From: a virus
IMG/VR virus record: IMGVR_UViG_3300002026_000001
Coordinates: 1-64,000 of that record
DNA: 64,000 nucleotides
Direction: 5' to 3' (one strand)
Made by a program: the position numbers and the translations under genes. The notes under the pieces were generated by a model. That model was not told the DNA's origin. It was given only the letters and a program-made list of their open reading frames with translations, and searched no databases. Numbering within the stretch: the first letter of the stretch is position 1; the number at the start of each line of letters is the position of its first letter. Below, piece by piece: positions 19,463 to 28,892 of the stretch.

Positions 19463-19915
19463 ATGCTTCCAATACCACCGTCGGTTGCAACGTTCTTTGG
19501 TAAGAGGATTGTACAAGTAATCATCATTCTCGGTCTTGTCGCGTTTCTTGCATACGCAGCAAAGTCATACCATGACAGTGTTTACGAGTCTGGAATGACC
19601 GCAGGGATCGCCAAGGAAAACAAGGTTTGGACTGAACGCGAAACCAAACGAATCGCGGAAGAGAACCAGCGTATCGACGATCTTGAAAAGGTTGCACGTG
19701 ACTTGGCAGATGCCCATGCGAAAGAAATCAAGTTGCGTGATGCACGAATCGCGAAACTCGACAAGAAAGTCGCAGAAGCCAAGCCGCGCATCAACACGAT
19801 CATTTACAAGTCTGACGGCACGCCAAACAGGTCATGTCCGACAAACACACCAATATTCCTCGGCACTGAATTCAGCGACCTGTGGAATCAATACAATCAC
19901 GAGGTCTGGAAATGA
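19463..19915 (+). CDS. Inner-membrane spanin (Rz-like)
   Basis: N-terminal transmembrane helix followed by a long charged coiled coil; adjacent lipoprotein, holin and endolysin. Confidence 0.7.
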   Translation: MLPIPPSVATFFGKRIVQVIIILGLVAFLAYAAKSYHDSVYESGMTAGIAKENKVWTERETKRIAEENQRIDDLEKVARDLADAHAKEIKLRDARIAKLDKKVAEAKPRINTIIYKSDGTPNRSCPTNTPIFLGTEFSDLWNQYNHEVWK

Positions 19916-20202
19916 AAAACTTTGCTCACGGCCTGTTGCTCACTGCAACGCTTTCTGTCTACGTGTTTGTGTTGTCAGCATGCGCTACCGAGCCGCGCAC
20001 CATTGCACCGCCAGCAGACAACGACCGCAAGGTCCACATTGACGAACGGTTGATGCAAGAGTGTGTTCCGCCAACTGACATTGCACCGAATCCTCAACCA
20101 TCCGACGTCCTTGAGCAGCATAAGAAGGACGTGATCGCATTCAAAGAGTGCGCAGACGGCAAGCGTGATTTGATTTCTGTTATCCGCAAAGCGTTTGAGT
20201 GA
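19912..20202 (+). CDS. Outer-membrane lipoprotein spanin (Rz1-like)
   Basis: ATGA overlap; signal peptide with lipobox LSAC; Pro-rich periplasmic part with two further Cys. Confidence 0.7.
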   Translation: MKNFAHGLLLTATLSVYVFVLSACATEPRTIAPPADNDRKVHIDERLMQECVPPTDIAPNPQPSDVLEQHKKDVIAFKECADGKRDLISVIRKAFE

Positions 20203-20206
20203 TTTT

Positions 20207-20213
20207 CTAATTT
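20207..20213 (+). promoter_or_regulatory. Putative late promoter motif CTAATTT
   Basis: Intergenic, upstream of the holin RBS; motif recurs before several structural genes. Confidence 0.4.
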
Positions 20214-20235
20214 AGATTTTTACGGAGAAACAAAC

Positions 20236-20535
20236 ATGAAAATGAGTAAGACGGACGTGTATCGCACGATTGCTTTTTCTTCAGTTGGCTTGCTTGCACT
20301 TATCCCTATGTGGGAAGCCAGCCAAGTGCTGTTCTACTTCATAGGTGCAATTTCTCTGATCGCACTGTTCAGCCACTTTGCACGGAAGCTCTTTTTCCCA
20401 TACGTTGACCTACAGGAGTTTGCAAACAAGGCTTTGGAGAACTCAGTGGCAGCAGCAATTGTGTTTGCCTCAGTGACCTTTCTGATCTGCACGCTGGTAT
20501 ATGTTGCTGGCGGTTTAATTGGGTTTTCAAAATGA
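20236..20535 (+). CDS. Putative holin
   Basis: 99 aa with three hydrophobic segments; overlaps the endolysin start (ATGA). Confidence 0.6.
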   Translation: MKMSKTDVYRTIAFSSVGLLALIPMWEASQVLFYFIGAISLIALFSHFARKLFFPYVDLQEFANKALENSVAAAIVFASVTFLICTLVYVAGGLIGFSK

Positions 20536-21230
20536 AAAAGCTGCTGTGCATGCTAATGGCTATGCTGGTAAGTTGCACGCTGAACGCTGCACAGCAACTT
20601 CCACCCAACGCCGTTAAGAACCTTCCACTTCTGAAAGAAGCAATTGCAGCTAAGTGGCCTCAATACCAGTTTCCACATTTCATTGCCGCGCAAATCCAAC
20701 AAGAGACTTGCATCAGCCTGAAGCATAGCAAGTGCTGGACGTCGCGTGCTGAGCTAAAGACTTCAAGAGAATGGGGCGTGTCGTACGGCCAATTCACTAT
20801 TGCCTACAACGCAGATGGTAGTGAACGCTTCAACGCGTTTGAAGACGTGAAGAAGTTGGACAAAGACCTTGCATCATGGGATTTCAACAACCGCTATGAC
20901 GAGAAGTATGGGATGTTGGCTCTGGTTGTGCGTGATAGAAGTGAACACGCGTATGCAACCGGTGCCGCAACACTTCTCGATCAGGCGGCTTTTGCGTTCT
21001 CTGCTTACAACGGTGGTCGCGGTTCAGTGTTGAGAGATCGACGCTTCTGCAAGACACAACCCGGATGTGATCCAAACGTTTGGTTTGGCAATGTTGAGAA
21101 GTACAGTTACAAGGCAAAGACCGCAGTCAAAGGGTATGGGAAAAGCTTCTTTGAAATCAACCGCGAGTACGTCAACAACATCGAAAACAAAATCGGACCT
21201 GTGTATAAACCTCACTTCAATAAGAGTTGA
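20532..21230 (+). CDS. Endolysin, SLT-type lytic transglycosylase with N-terminal signal/SAR-like segment
   Basis: AAQIQQET (catalytic Glu), YGQF and AYNGG motifs. Confidence 0.8.
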   Translation: MKKLLCMLMAMLVSCTLNAAQQLPPNAVKNLPLLKEAIAAKWPQYQFPHFIAAQIQQETCISLKHSKCWTSRAELKTSREWGVSYGQFTIAYNADGSERFNAFEDVKKLDKDLASWDFNNRYDEKYGMLALVVRDRSEHAYATGAATLLDQAAFAFSAYNGGRGSVLRDRRFCKTQPGCDPNVWFGNVEKYSYKAKTAVKGYGKSFFEINREYVNNIENKIGPVYKPHFNKS

Positions 21231-22249
21231 CCATGCCTACCGCCTACCTGAAGAAACTCAACGAAACAACTGGCATTGCCCTCGACAAGCTTGAAGAGTA
21301 TTGGGGCCGTGCAAAGAAGCTGGCGAAGAAAAACAAAGACGCTGTTGGTGAGAATTACTGGCGTTACACTATGGGCATTATGAAAAACATGGTGGGCGTC
21401 AGCGAGTCGAAAGACCATGCAAACTTTCCACAGTGGTGGCGTGACATGGATCGTGAAGCTCGCAAGAAGTATTTGACCGAGCATCCGAAGTCCCGCTTTG
21501 CCAAACGTCTCCGCAAGCTTGAGAAGTCTGGAACGGTCAAGAAGCAAAAAGCCGCTCACAAGAAACGTCAAGCAGAGTTGGAAGAGACGTTTAAGAATGT
21601 CGAATCTCCGGTCAAGTTGCCTGATCCCGAACCCGAACCCGAACCGGTTGGCAACGATGGACCTGATGATGACTTTGCAGACCAAGTTGATCCAGACGAA
21701 GTTGAAAAGGATGTAGAACCACAACCAGAGTTTGAAGGAAACGATGACCCTGATCCGAACTTCGCTGACCAAGTTGATCCAGACGAAGTCGAGCAAGAAA
21801 AACCAAAACCGGCACCGCGTAAGAAGACCACGCATTCTTTGAAGTCTGTTGCCAGCCGTCTTTGGAAGCGCGTACGTCAACGTACACTTGGAACACTGCG
21901 ACACCACAAGCAAGGATTTCATGCGATAGAACGGTTCTTGACCGGCGGTGAGTTGTCAGAAGTAGAAATGGCCCGTGCAAAGCGCACTGCTGGACTGGCT
22001 GCTAAACTTGTTCTTGGTTCATTGATTGGTCTTGCGTTGTTCACTCCGCTCAGTGGGTTGGCTCAAGAACTTGGTTCTCACTACCTCAATATTCAAGCTG
22101 GTTCCTCTGAGTCTAGCGACATGTATTCTGAGTCTGCTGACACGGAAGATACTGCTGCAAAGTTTACCGACGGCTTCCATGCGTGGCTTGTCGAACAAGA
22201 TATTCCGGCGCTTGCCAAACAACTCAAAGGAATGAAAAATGACGATTAA
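21227..22249 (+). CDS. Hypothetical protein (basic N-terminus, acidic repeats, hydrophobic segment)
   Basis: E.YW.RAK..A...NYW.Y..GI.K.M and WW..M....RK.YL.EHP.S motifs; duplicated FADQVDPDEVE. Confidence 0.6.
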   Translation: MTMPTAYLKKLNETTGIALDKLEEYWGRAKKLAKKNKDAVGENYWRYTMGIMKNMVGVSESKDHANFPQWWRDMDREARKKYLTEHPKSRFAKRLRKLEKSGTVKKQKAAHKKRQAELEETFKNVESPVKLPDPEPEPEPVGNDGPDDDFADQVDPDEVEKDVEPQPEFEGNDDPDPNFADQVDPDEVEQEKPKPAPRKKTTHSLKSVASRLWKRVRQRTLGTLRHHKQGFHAIERFLTGGELSEVEMARAKRTAGLAAKLVLGSLIGLALFTPLSGLAQELGSHYLNIQAGSSESSDMYSESADTEDTAAKFTDGFHAWLVEQDIPALAKQLKGMKNDD

Positions 22250-22796
22250 GCCTTACTCGGCGGTCCTGACGACTGCGAACAACATGGTCACAGAAGCGAA
22301 GAAGAAAGGCTTGAGTGCGTCGAAGCCGATTCGCATTTCCATCCTTGGTAGCAACACGCAAGTTGACTACCCACCAAAACGTGAAGTGATCATTTCATAC
22401 GGTCAACCACCTATCTCAAAGTTTGATTTTGAACTTTGGGTCAATCCCCTAAACATGCAGACGTTTAGAAGCAACCCATATTCAGATTCGTGGGACTTGG
22501 TTCTGAACTACGATGACTTGTTTACCAACCCGGCATCAGCATCAGCAGGTGGAGGCTCAACTTCGTTGAGTCAGCCGGTCGATGCTGTTTCTGACCTCAC
22601 ATCGTTGAACACCACAAACATACCAGACAGGACGATGATTTACGTGGAAGCCGAAAAGGCGATCTACGCACTTGATTTACAAAGTACTGATCCAGTCTCT
22701 CCCGGTGTTTTAGCACCTGACGTTGGTCCGGGACGCTGGTATGTGATTTCCACGCAATCAGGAACTTTGGGCAATATCGACGGTGGCGTGTATTAA
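22239..22796 (+). CDS. Fibre-associated protein ending IDGGVY
   Basis: C-terminal half is homologous to an internal domain of 22862-24064 (PV..L.DL..[IL]N....D..M..VE....I...D....GRW). Confidence 0.55.
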   Translation: MTIKPYSAVLTTANNMVTEAKKKGLSASKPIRISILGSNTQVDYPPKREVIISYGQPPISKFDFELWVNPLNMQTFRSNPYSDSWDLVLNYDDLFTNPASASAGGGSTSLSQPVDAVSDLTSLNTTNIPDRTMIYVEAEKAIYALDLQSTDPVSPGVLAPDVGPGRWYVISTQSGTLGNIDGGVY

Positions 22797-22806
22797 ACCG
22801 TTACAA

Positions 22807-22813
22807 CTAATTT
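22807..22813 (+). promoter_or_regulatory. Putative late promoter motif CTAATTT
   Basis: Intergenic, before the 22862 fibre gene. Confidence 0.4.
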
Positions 22814-22861
22814 ACACCCGTGCATGACAGCATAATTATCTTTCCAATTTGGAGCTTTAAA

Positions 22862-24064
22862 ATGACAAATCGCGTACAACTGCGTCGCAGTACAACCCCC
22901 GGCCTCGTACCGCTGCTCGCTGACCTGCTCGTCGGCGAAATGGCGTTGAACCTTTCCGACAAGAATGTGTTCTACCACAGCGGTTCGGAAGTCGTTCAAC
23001 TCAATGCTGCCAAGAACATCGTTCAAAACAGCAGCAACCGCTTTGTTAGCGACGCGCAGATTTCAGCGTGGACTGCTGGCTACACTCTGCCAGTCGCAAC
23101 TGCCTCAGTTCTCGGCGGTGTGAAGATTGGTGCAAACATCGACGTTGATGCAAACGGCGTCATCAGTCTGGAAATCGCATCGGCAACCAAGAACGGTATC
23201 CTGTCGTCTGCTGATTTCGCGGCTTTTGCTGCCAAGCAAGATGCACTCGGTTACGTTGCTGTCAACAAATCCGGCGACACGATGGGAGGTCTCCTGACTC
23301 TGTCAGGCGCACCGGTTGCTGGCAACGATGCAACGACCAAGAACTACGTTGACACTGCTGACGCTGTCAAGCTCGACAAGGCCGGTGGCACGATGTCTGG
23401 TCTGCTGGTTCTGTCTGCTGATCCGACGCAAGCCCTTGGCGCTTCGACCAAGCAATACGTTGACAACGCCGTCAATGCACTGTCTGGTGAGTACGCTGCT
23501 CCGGTTCAAGCACTGACCGACCTGTCGGCAATCAATTCGGCAACGATCCAAGACAAGCAAATGCGTCTTGTTGAAGATGCTGGCGCAATCTTCCGCTTCG
23601 ACGTGCAAGCAACGATGGCTGCTGATGGTACCGACGTCATTGTTCCTGCTGACGCACCTGTCACCGGTCGTTGGGTGAAGATTCAATCTGCTACGCAATC
23701 TCACGAAGCGTTGAAGAACCTGCAAGGCGGCGCGAACGGCGATCACCTGCACTTGACGACTGCCGAAAAGAACGGTTACGACGATCACCTTGCATCGTAC
23801 AAACTGCACTTGACTTCAGAACAGAACACACTGCTCGACGGCATCAACGCGTCGGCTTCTGAAATCAACTATCTGGTCGGCGTCACAAGCAGCGTTCAAA
23901 CGCAAATCGACGGCAAGCAAGCAAATCTCGGTTACACTCCGGTCAACAAGGCTGGCGACACGATGCTTGGTGCACTGATGATGTCGCAAGACCCGGTCGC
24001 AGCGATGGAAGCGGTCACGCTCCAATTCCTGAAATCGTACGTCATCGACTGCGGTACGTACTAA
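22862..24064 (+). CDS. Tail fibre protein
   Basis: N-terminal VQLRRSTTPG.VP....L.VGE.ALN.SD; repeated NKAGDTM.G.L and A.TK.YVD motifs; ends IDCGTY. Confidence 0.75.
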   Translation: MTNRVQLRRSTTPGLVPLLADLLVGEMALNLSDKNVFYHSGSEVVQLNAAKNIVQNSSNRFVSDAQISAWTAGYTLPVATASVLGGVKIGANIDVDANGVISLEIASATKNGILSSADFAAFAAKQDALGYVAVNKSGDTMGGLLTLSGAPVAGNDATTKNYVDTADAVKLDKAGGTMSGLLVLSADPTQALGASTKQYVDNAVNALSGEYAAPVQALTDLSAINSATIQDKQMRLVEDAGAIFRFDVQATMAADGTDVIVPADAPVTGRWVKIQSATQSHEALKNLQGGANGDHLHLTTAEKNGYDDHLASYKLHLTSEQNTLLDGINASASEINYLVGVTSSVQTQIDGKQANLGYTPVNKAGDTMLGALMMSQDPVAAMEAVTLQFLKSYVIDCGTY

Positions 24065-24082
24065 GCTGTTCTGATCTGAATA

Positions 24083-24111
24083 GTGGGGGCCAAATGGTCT
24101 CCACCTTTTTC
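24083..24111 (+). terminator. Putative intrinsic terminator
   Basis: gtgggggcc-aaat-ggtctccac then ctttttc. Confidence 0.65.
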
Positions 24112-24155
24112 AGTTGTGGTCACTAAATAGTGATTCAAACCTAAATAGGCTCGAC

Positions 24156-26042
24156 ATGACAAACACAGTGTTCGTAAAACGGTCAAATGTACCGGGTAAG
24201 GCGCCAACAACAGAACAACTTCAAGCCGGTGGGTTGGCGATTAACACCGCAGACCGTAGACTCTTCTTTTCATCTGGCGACGTTGTCACCGCACTTGCAA
24301 ACCTCAACGATCTAACGTGGGGAAATCTAGGATCAAAACCCACAACGCTTGATGGGTTTGGTATAACGGACGCGTACACAAAGTCGGTCATTGACGCGGC
24401 CTTGGCACTCAAAGCTGACAAGGCAACAACGCTGGCTGGCTATGGGATCACAGACGCGTACACCAAGACCGCCACCGACACGCTGCTGAACAGCAAGGTA
24501 AACACATCATTGGTCGGTGCGGCAAATGGTATCGTCCCACTAGACGGCTCCTCAAAAATTGCATCACAATACCTGCCAGCACTCGCAATCACCGACACTT
24601 ACGTCGTGGCAAGTCAGGCCGCGATGCTGGCTTTGACTGCTGCTGAAGTTGGCGACATTGCTATCCGTACAGACCTGAGTAAGACCTTCATCTTGAGGGC
24701 TTCAGGTTATTCTGTTCTTGGAAACTGGCAAGAGTTGCAGACACCGACCGATCTAGTATCATCGGTCAATGGTCAAACAGGGTTGGTGACGATTTCAACA
24801 ATCACCGGCAATGCTGGAACCGCGACCAAGCTGGAAACAGCACGCAACATCACTTTGAACGGAGTGACAACGGGTACTGGCGTATTTGACGGGTCTTCAG
24901 GCTTGACTATCACGACTGCGTTTGCTGCAAACCCAACGTTGCCGGGATCAGAAAAATTCACATGGCCGTCTGGAACTACAGCGCAACGTCCAGTTGCACC
25001 AGTCGACGGCGACGGAAGGTTGAATACGACCACAGGCGCTTATGAACTGTTCTACAACGGTTCTTGGTCAGGTATTCCAAAGACCACAGCCCAAGGGGTG
25101 GTCGCTGCCAGAAGGTCGACAACGTACGTAGTAAAGACTACGGCGACTGATCTGACGTTTGATCTGGTTGACATTACAACAGATGCAAACATTTGTAGTC
25201 TCAGTGGAACAAACACTGCACGGTTCGTAGCTGGACAGTCTGGCACTTACTTGTTCATGACGACCAACGCACTGATTGCGTCAAATGCAAGCTCTGTCAT
25301 AACGTTCCGGTTCATGCTGAATGGGGTTGCCATACCTCAAGGTAGCGATCTTGCACGACCGGCATCTACCTCTTCACGCGACAACGTCACGAGCTATTGT
25401 GTCGTCAACATGGCCGCTGGAGATTACGTCTCTCTGCAAACTCTGTACACTGGTAGCGCGTCAACAATTCAAATCGGCTCGACTATGCTGATGCTGAAAC
25501 TTGGCGGCGCACAAGGTGAACAAGGTCCGGCAGGTGTTCCGGGTGGTCAATCTTCTGTCTACTACTCTGCTGCCAATATGGACAACCCGACGAATGCAAA
25601 TTGGGCGGTCAACCTGTTGGCACCTGCAACCGCCGATACTGCCAACGCCGCATTGACTGTACGAGCATTTGACGACACGGCAGAAGAAGGTGTTGGCATG
25701 ACAGTCTACGTACCGCCAACAGCCACAAACGTAACTCTTACCGTAGTTGGTAAAGCGGCAACGGCACCGGCAACGGCAAAAGCAGCGATCTTGAAACTTT
25801 ACTCGCGTGTTGTAGGAAACAACGTGGCGGTTGCTGCGTGGAGTGCTGGAACTGTTCTCAATGCGTTGACGATTCCAGCAAACGCGTTCTACCAAACGTT
25901 TACGCTTTCTGTTCCTTTGGCAACAGCGGGTCTTACGGCAGGTCTTACAGGGCAATTGGAAATAACACGTCTCGGCAGTAGCGCCTCTGACACTCTGGTT
26001 GGAGACTTCCATCTTCTCAACATGTCCGTGTCGTTCACATAA
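24156..26042 (+). CDS. Tail fibre protein with C1q/BclA-like domain
   Basis: VKRS.VPGKAPT...L.AG.LAIN..DR.LF N-terminus; two GITDAYTK repeats; ARF.A..SGTYLF C1q-like strands; short collagen stub GAQGEQGPAGVPG. Confidence 0.75.
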   Translation: MTNTVFVKRSNVPGKAPTTEQLQAGGLAINTADRRLFFSSGDVVTALANLNDLTWGNLGSKPTTLDGFGITDAYTKSVIDAALALKADKATTLAGYGITDAYTKTATDTLLNSKVNTSLVGAANGIVPLDGSSKIASQYLPALAITDTYVVASQAAMLALTAAEVGDIAIRTDLSKTFILRASGYSVLGNWQELQTPTDLVSSVNGQTGLVTISTITGNAGTATKLETARNITLNGVTTGTGVFDGSSGLTITTAFAANPTLPGSEKFTWPSGTTAQRPVAPVDGDGRLNTTTGAYELFYNGSWSGIPKTTAQGVVAARRSTTYVVKTTATDLTFDLVDITTDANICSLSGTNTARFVAGQSGTYLFMTTNALIASNASSVITFRFMLNGVAIPQGSDLARPASTSSRDNVTSYCVVNMAAGDYVSLQTLYTGSASTIQIGSTMLMLKLGGAQGEQGPAGVPGGQSSVYYSAANMDNPTNANWAVNLLAPATADTANAALTVRAFDDTAEEGVGMTVYVPPTATNVTLTVVGKAATAPATAKAAILKLYSRVVGNNVAVAAWSAGTVLNALTIPANAFYQTFTLSVPLATAGLTAGLTGQLEITRLGSSASDTLVGDFHLLNMSVSFT

Positions 26043-26044
26043 CC

Positions 26045-26704
26045 ATGAGCGTACTGTTCAACGGGGCGTGCTACCACCAGTACCCTGCGACCGGAATACC
26101 TTTGGCTCAAGCCGCAAAGACCGTCTGCTTCAAGTTGTTCTTGACGGATGCTGCTTCGATGCAAACGTTTTTCAACGCAGTCGATCCAACCCTAGGTATC
26201 GGGTATCAGGTGGGACTCAACACAAGCAACATGACTGTTTGGTCGTATGGTGGTGCGGCGTTGATTCAAACACCATCGCCCACGACCGGAGTCTGGATTC
26301 ATTGCGCGTATGAGTTTGACGGAGCCACGCACACTTTCTTGTGGAATGGTGTGGTGGCGACTACTTCAACAACTACAACACAAATCGGTCAGCCTACATT
26401 GTGTCAAGTGGGCGGCAATCAATGGTCTGAGTATCCAAGATCAGCACAGATCGAAGACCTGCGCATTTACAACCGCGTGTTGTCCACAAACGAGTTGGTG
26501 ACAATTGCCAACCGGAACGGTGATGACTATATTGTCGATGGTCTTGTTGCTTGGTGGCCAATGACTGAGTTGCAAACAGGAACGGTGATGGACAACGTTG
26601 CCGGATACATCAGAGAGCATTATGGTCTGACCTCGACGTTCGTCGGTGCTGCTCCATACCCGGTCGCACAAGACTCAGTGCGCTTCCAAAGGAGGCTCCG
26701 ATGA
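26045..26704 (+). CDS. LamG/concanavalin-A-like lectin protein
   Basis: W.H.AY.FDG.T....WNG and IEDLRIYNRVLS.NE motifs. Confidence 0.8.
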   Translation: MSVLFNGACYHQYPATGIPLAQAAKTVCFKLFLTDAASMQTFFNAVDPTLGIGYQVGLNTSNMTVWSYGGAALIQTPSPTTGVWIHCAYEFDGATHTFLWNGVVATTSTTTTQIGQPTLCQVGGNQWSEYPRSAQIEDLRIYNRVLSTNELVTIANRNGDDYIVDGLVAWWPMTELQTGTVMDNVAGYIREHYGLTSTFVGAAPYPVAQDSVRFQRRLR

Positions 26705-27411
26705 GCATGCTTTTTGGAACCAACAACTACGTCTACGTTCCACGCAACGCTGGATTTGACTCGATCGCCGATTCTGTGACACTGATGGCATGGGTGAACT
26801 TTACTGCTCTTGTTAGCACCGGGATGATTATAAACCGGATGGTCGGTGCAGCGCCGGGGAATGAGTGGTGGTCGCTGGATGCAAATGGAACACCTGTTCT
26901 TCGTGCTCTAGTTGGTGATGCTTCTTCGGTGTCTGCTGCTCTGGCGACAACTGCACCGGCCTTGGCGATCAATACGTGGTACCATATGGCGATGACTTAC
27001 GACGGAACTACGTTGCTTGCTATTCAGGATGCGGTTCAGGTCGGCTCTGCTGCTAGGACAATGACGTTCCCTGCTGACACGACTGGTGTTGTGGTTGGTG
27101 CAAATGCTCAACAGGCAAACGACACCGGGATCACTGAGTTCTTGAATGGGTACATTGAAGACCTGAGAGTGTATAAGCGTGCAGTCTCACTGAATGAGAT
27201 TGTCACTATCCGAAGTTGTGAAGGGCGTGACAACATTACTGACAACCTTCTTTTCAGAATGGCGCTCAATGAGAAACCTGCTGGAACAGTAGCTTCGTTG
27301 GCCGGTAGCGTGAAAGATAGCGGACCTCTTGGTATGCACGGAACACCTTATGGAAGTTGCATGTATGGTCCTTCACCATTTGGATTACGTCGCATGACCA
27401 ATGCGTTTTAA
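26701..27411 (+). CDS. LamG/concanavalin-A-like lectin protein (paralogue)
   Basis: TLMAWV, NTWYHMAMTYDG and GYIEDLRVYKRAVS.NE motifs; ATGA overlap. Confidence 0.8.
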   Translation: MSMLFGTNNYVYVPRNAGFDSIADSVTLMAWVNFTALVSTGMIINRMVGAAPGNEWWSLDANGTPVLRALVGDASSVSAALATTAPALAINTWYHMAMTYDGTTLLAIQDAVQVGSAARTMTFPADTTGVVVGANAQQANDTGITEFLNGYIEDLRVYKRAVSLNEIVTIRSCEGRDNITDNLLFRMALNEKPAGTVASLAGSVKDSGPLGMHGTPYGSCMYGPSPFGLRRMTNAF

Positions 27412-27424
27412 CTAGGAGAACTTC

Positions 27425-28078
27425 GTGGCAAACGTATTAAATAAGATAACGATGGCCTATCTTCAATCTGTCAACACTCCAGACTACCCGGAAACAGATT
27501 GGGTTATAAACCCGAACATGAGTCTGGTCGAAGGCGTCCCGCCGTGCTATTGGGTTCTCGTTACTCAGCAGGTTGAGATTGGTACCGATCCAGAAACCCT
27601 ATTGCCCATCTACGGTGAAGAGTACTTGGTCCGTGAAATGGCGGATGAGGAAAAGGCTGTGTACGACGCGGCTCATGTTTCAATCGTCAGCACCAACCGC
27701 CTTACCGACGGGACTCCAGCCTATATGTATCGCGGATTTTTGGTTAGCGTCAACACCGCGACACTGACTTTCTCTGTCAAGACTACTGGAGCTAAGAAGT
27801 TTATGGTTCCATTTGCTGCGACGGGAAACTCATACATGAGCGACCGCAACAGGCTGATTACAAACGTCTCAATGGTCGCTGGTTGCGACAACGAGTTGAC
27901 GCTTGTGGCGTACATCGACGGTGCGGAAGCTGGCCGCTGGAATCTTTCTGCAACTAAGCGACGTGTTTCTGATCTTGAAATCGAACTCAAAGAGTGGCAA
28001 AACCTCAGCTTCGCAGTTGAGTCAGATGTTGACATCGTCAACCCGGTTATTTTGGTCGACACCGCTCACATGAACTAA
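27425..28078 (+). CDS. Hypothetical virion-associated protein
   Basis: GTG start after aggag; SVNTPDYP..DW.INP motif. Confidence 0.55.
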   Translation: MANVLNKITMAYLQSVNTPDYPETDWVINPNMSLVEGVPPCYWVLVTQQVEIGTDPETLLPIYGEEYLVREMADEEKAVYDAAHVSIVSTNRLTDGTPAYMYRGFLVSVNTATLTFSVKTTGAKKFMVPFAATGNSYMSDRNRLITNVSMVAGCDNELTLVAYIDGAEAGRWNLSATKRRVSDLEIELKEWQNLSFAVESDVDIVNPVILVDTAHMN

Positions 28079-28091
28079 GGGAGCATGAATA

Positions 28092-28883
28092 ATGATTCGC
28101 AATTTGACAAACGTTGGTGGCACCGCTGTCAGGCTCAATGATCTGAACGGGTTGGTCATTGAGGCAGGTGCAACTGTCAACGGTCTTGCTTTTGAAGAAG
28201 CTATGTTGATAAACTCCGTAGACGTGGCGGTTGCCTTACTGAACGACACCTTGACCTTGAGCGACGGAACGGTGAGCTACGCCCGGATGGGTGCGATAAA
28301 CTTCCTCAAAGGTCTGTCTGCTCAATACACGAAAGACGGAAAGCCAATCACAACCGTGTCCGACAGGCCGAAAGATTTTTATCGGCACTTCACTGGACGT
28401 GGGGATGACAAAGTTACCGGCAAGATTGGTGAAGGCCCAATGATTCACATGGTGGCCGCTGCTGGAGAGACCGCGACCATCGACGCACACTTCATTGATG
28501 ATGTATATGTTCGTGATGGAGAGGTCAGCTACGTCAACGCTGGTTTTGACAGTCACCTGAATATTGAAGTGATCTGCCCTGCTGGTATCCCGTTCCCGTC
28601 ACCGACGAAGACTGGAACGTTGGACCTAACTGCAACTGGTTTCGTTCCAAACCTGACTGGCACTGGTGCTTTCATGACTGCGCCGGTTGAAGTAAAGCTG
28701 TTCAGATTCCTCAACGCTTTTCACCTTGTAGGTAATGAGTCGAGCAAGGGAATCAACTCGCCTGAACCGTTCATGATGAACACTCCATACTTCTTGCGCT
28801 ATACATTGACCGCAGACCCGGACATCATTGGCTCGTTGAAGGCTGCTGTGACAATGGGGATGTTCCGTAAAAAGACTGTGTAA
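28092..28883 (+). CDS. Hypothetical virion-associated protein
   Basis: 263-aa ORF with RBS gggag, in the fibre block. Confidence 0.55.
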   Translation: MIRNLTNVGGTAVRLNDLNGLVIEAGATVNGLAFEEAMLINSVDVAVALLNDTLTLSDGTVSYARMGAINFLKGLSAQYTKDGKPITTVSDRPKDFYRHFTGRGDDKVTGKIGEGPMIHMVAAAGETATIDAHFIDDVYVRDGEVSYVNAGFDSHLNIEVICPAGIPFPSPTKTGTLDLTATGFVPNLTGTGAFMTAPVEVKLFRFLNAFHLVGNESSKGINSPEPFMMNTPYFLRYTLTADPDIIGSLKAAVTMGMFRKKTV

Positions 28884-28892
28884 GAATGGGGA

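Noticed and set aside
18604-21922. Long - strand ORFs 18604-19239 and 21212-21922
   Set aside because: Antisense to well-supported genes; no motifs or RBS.
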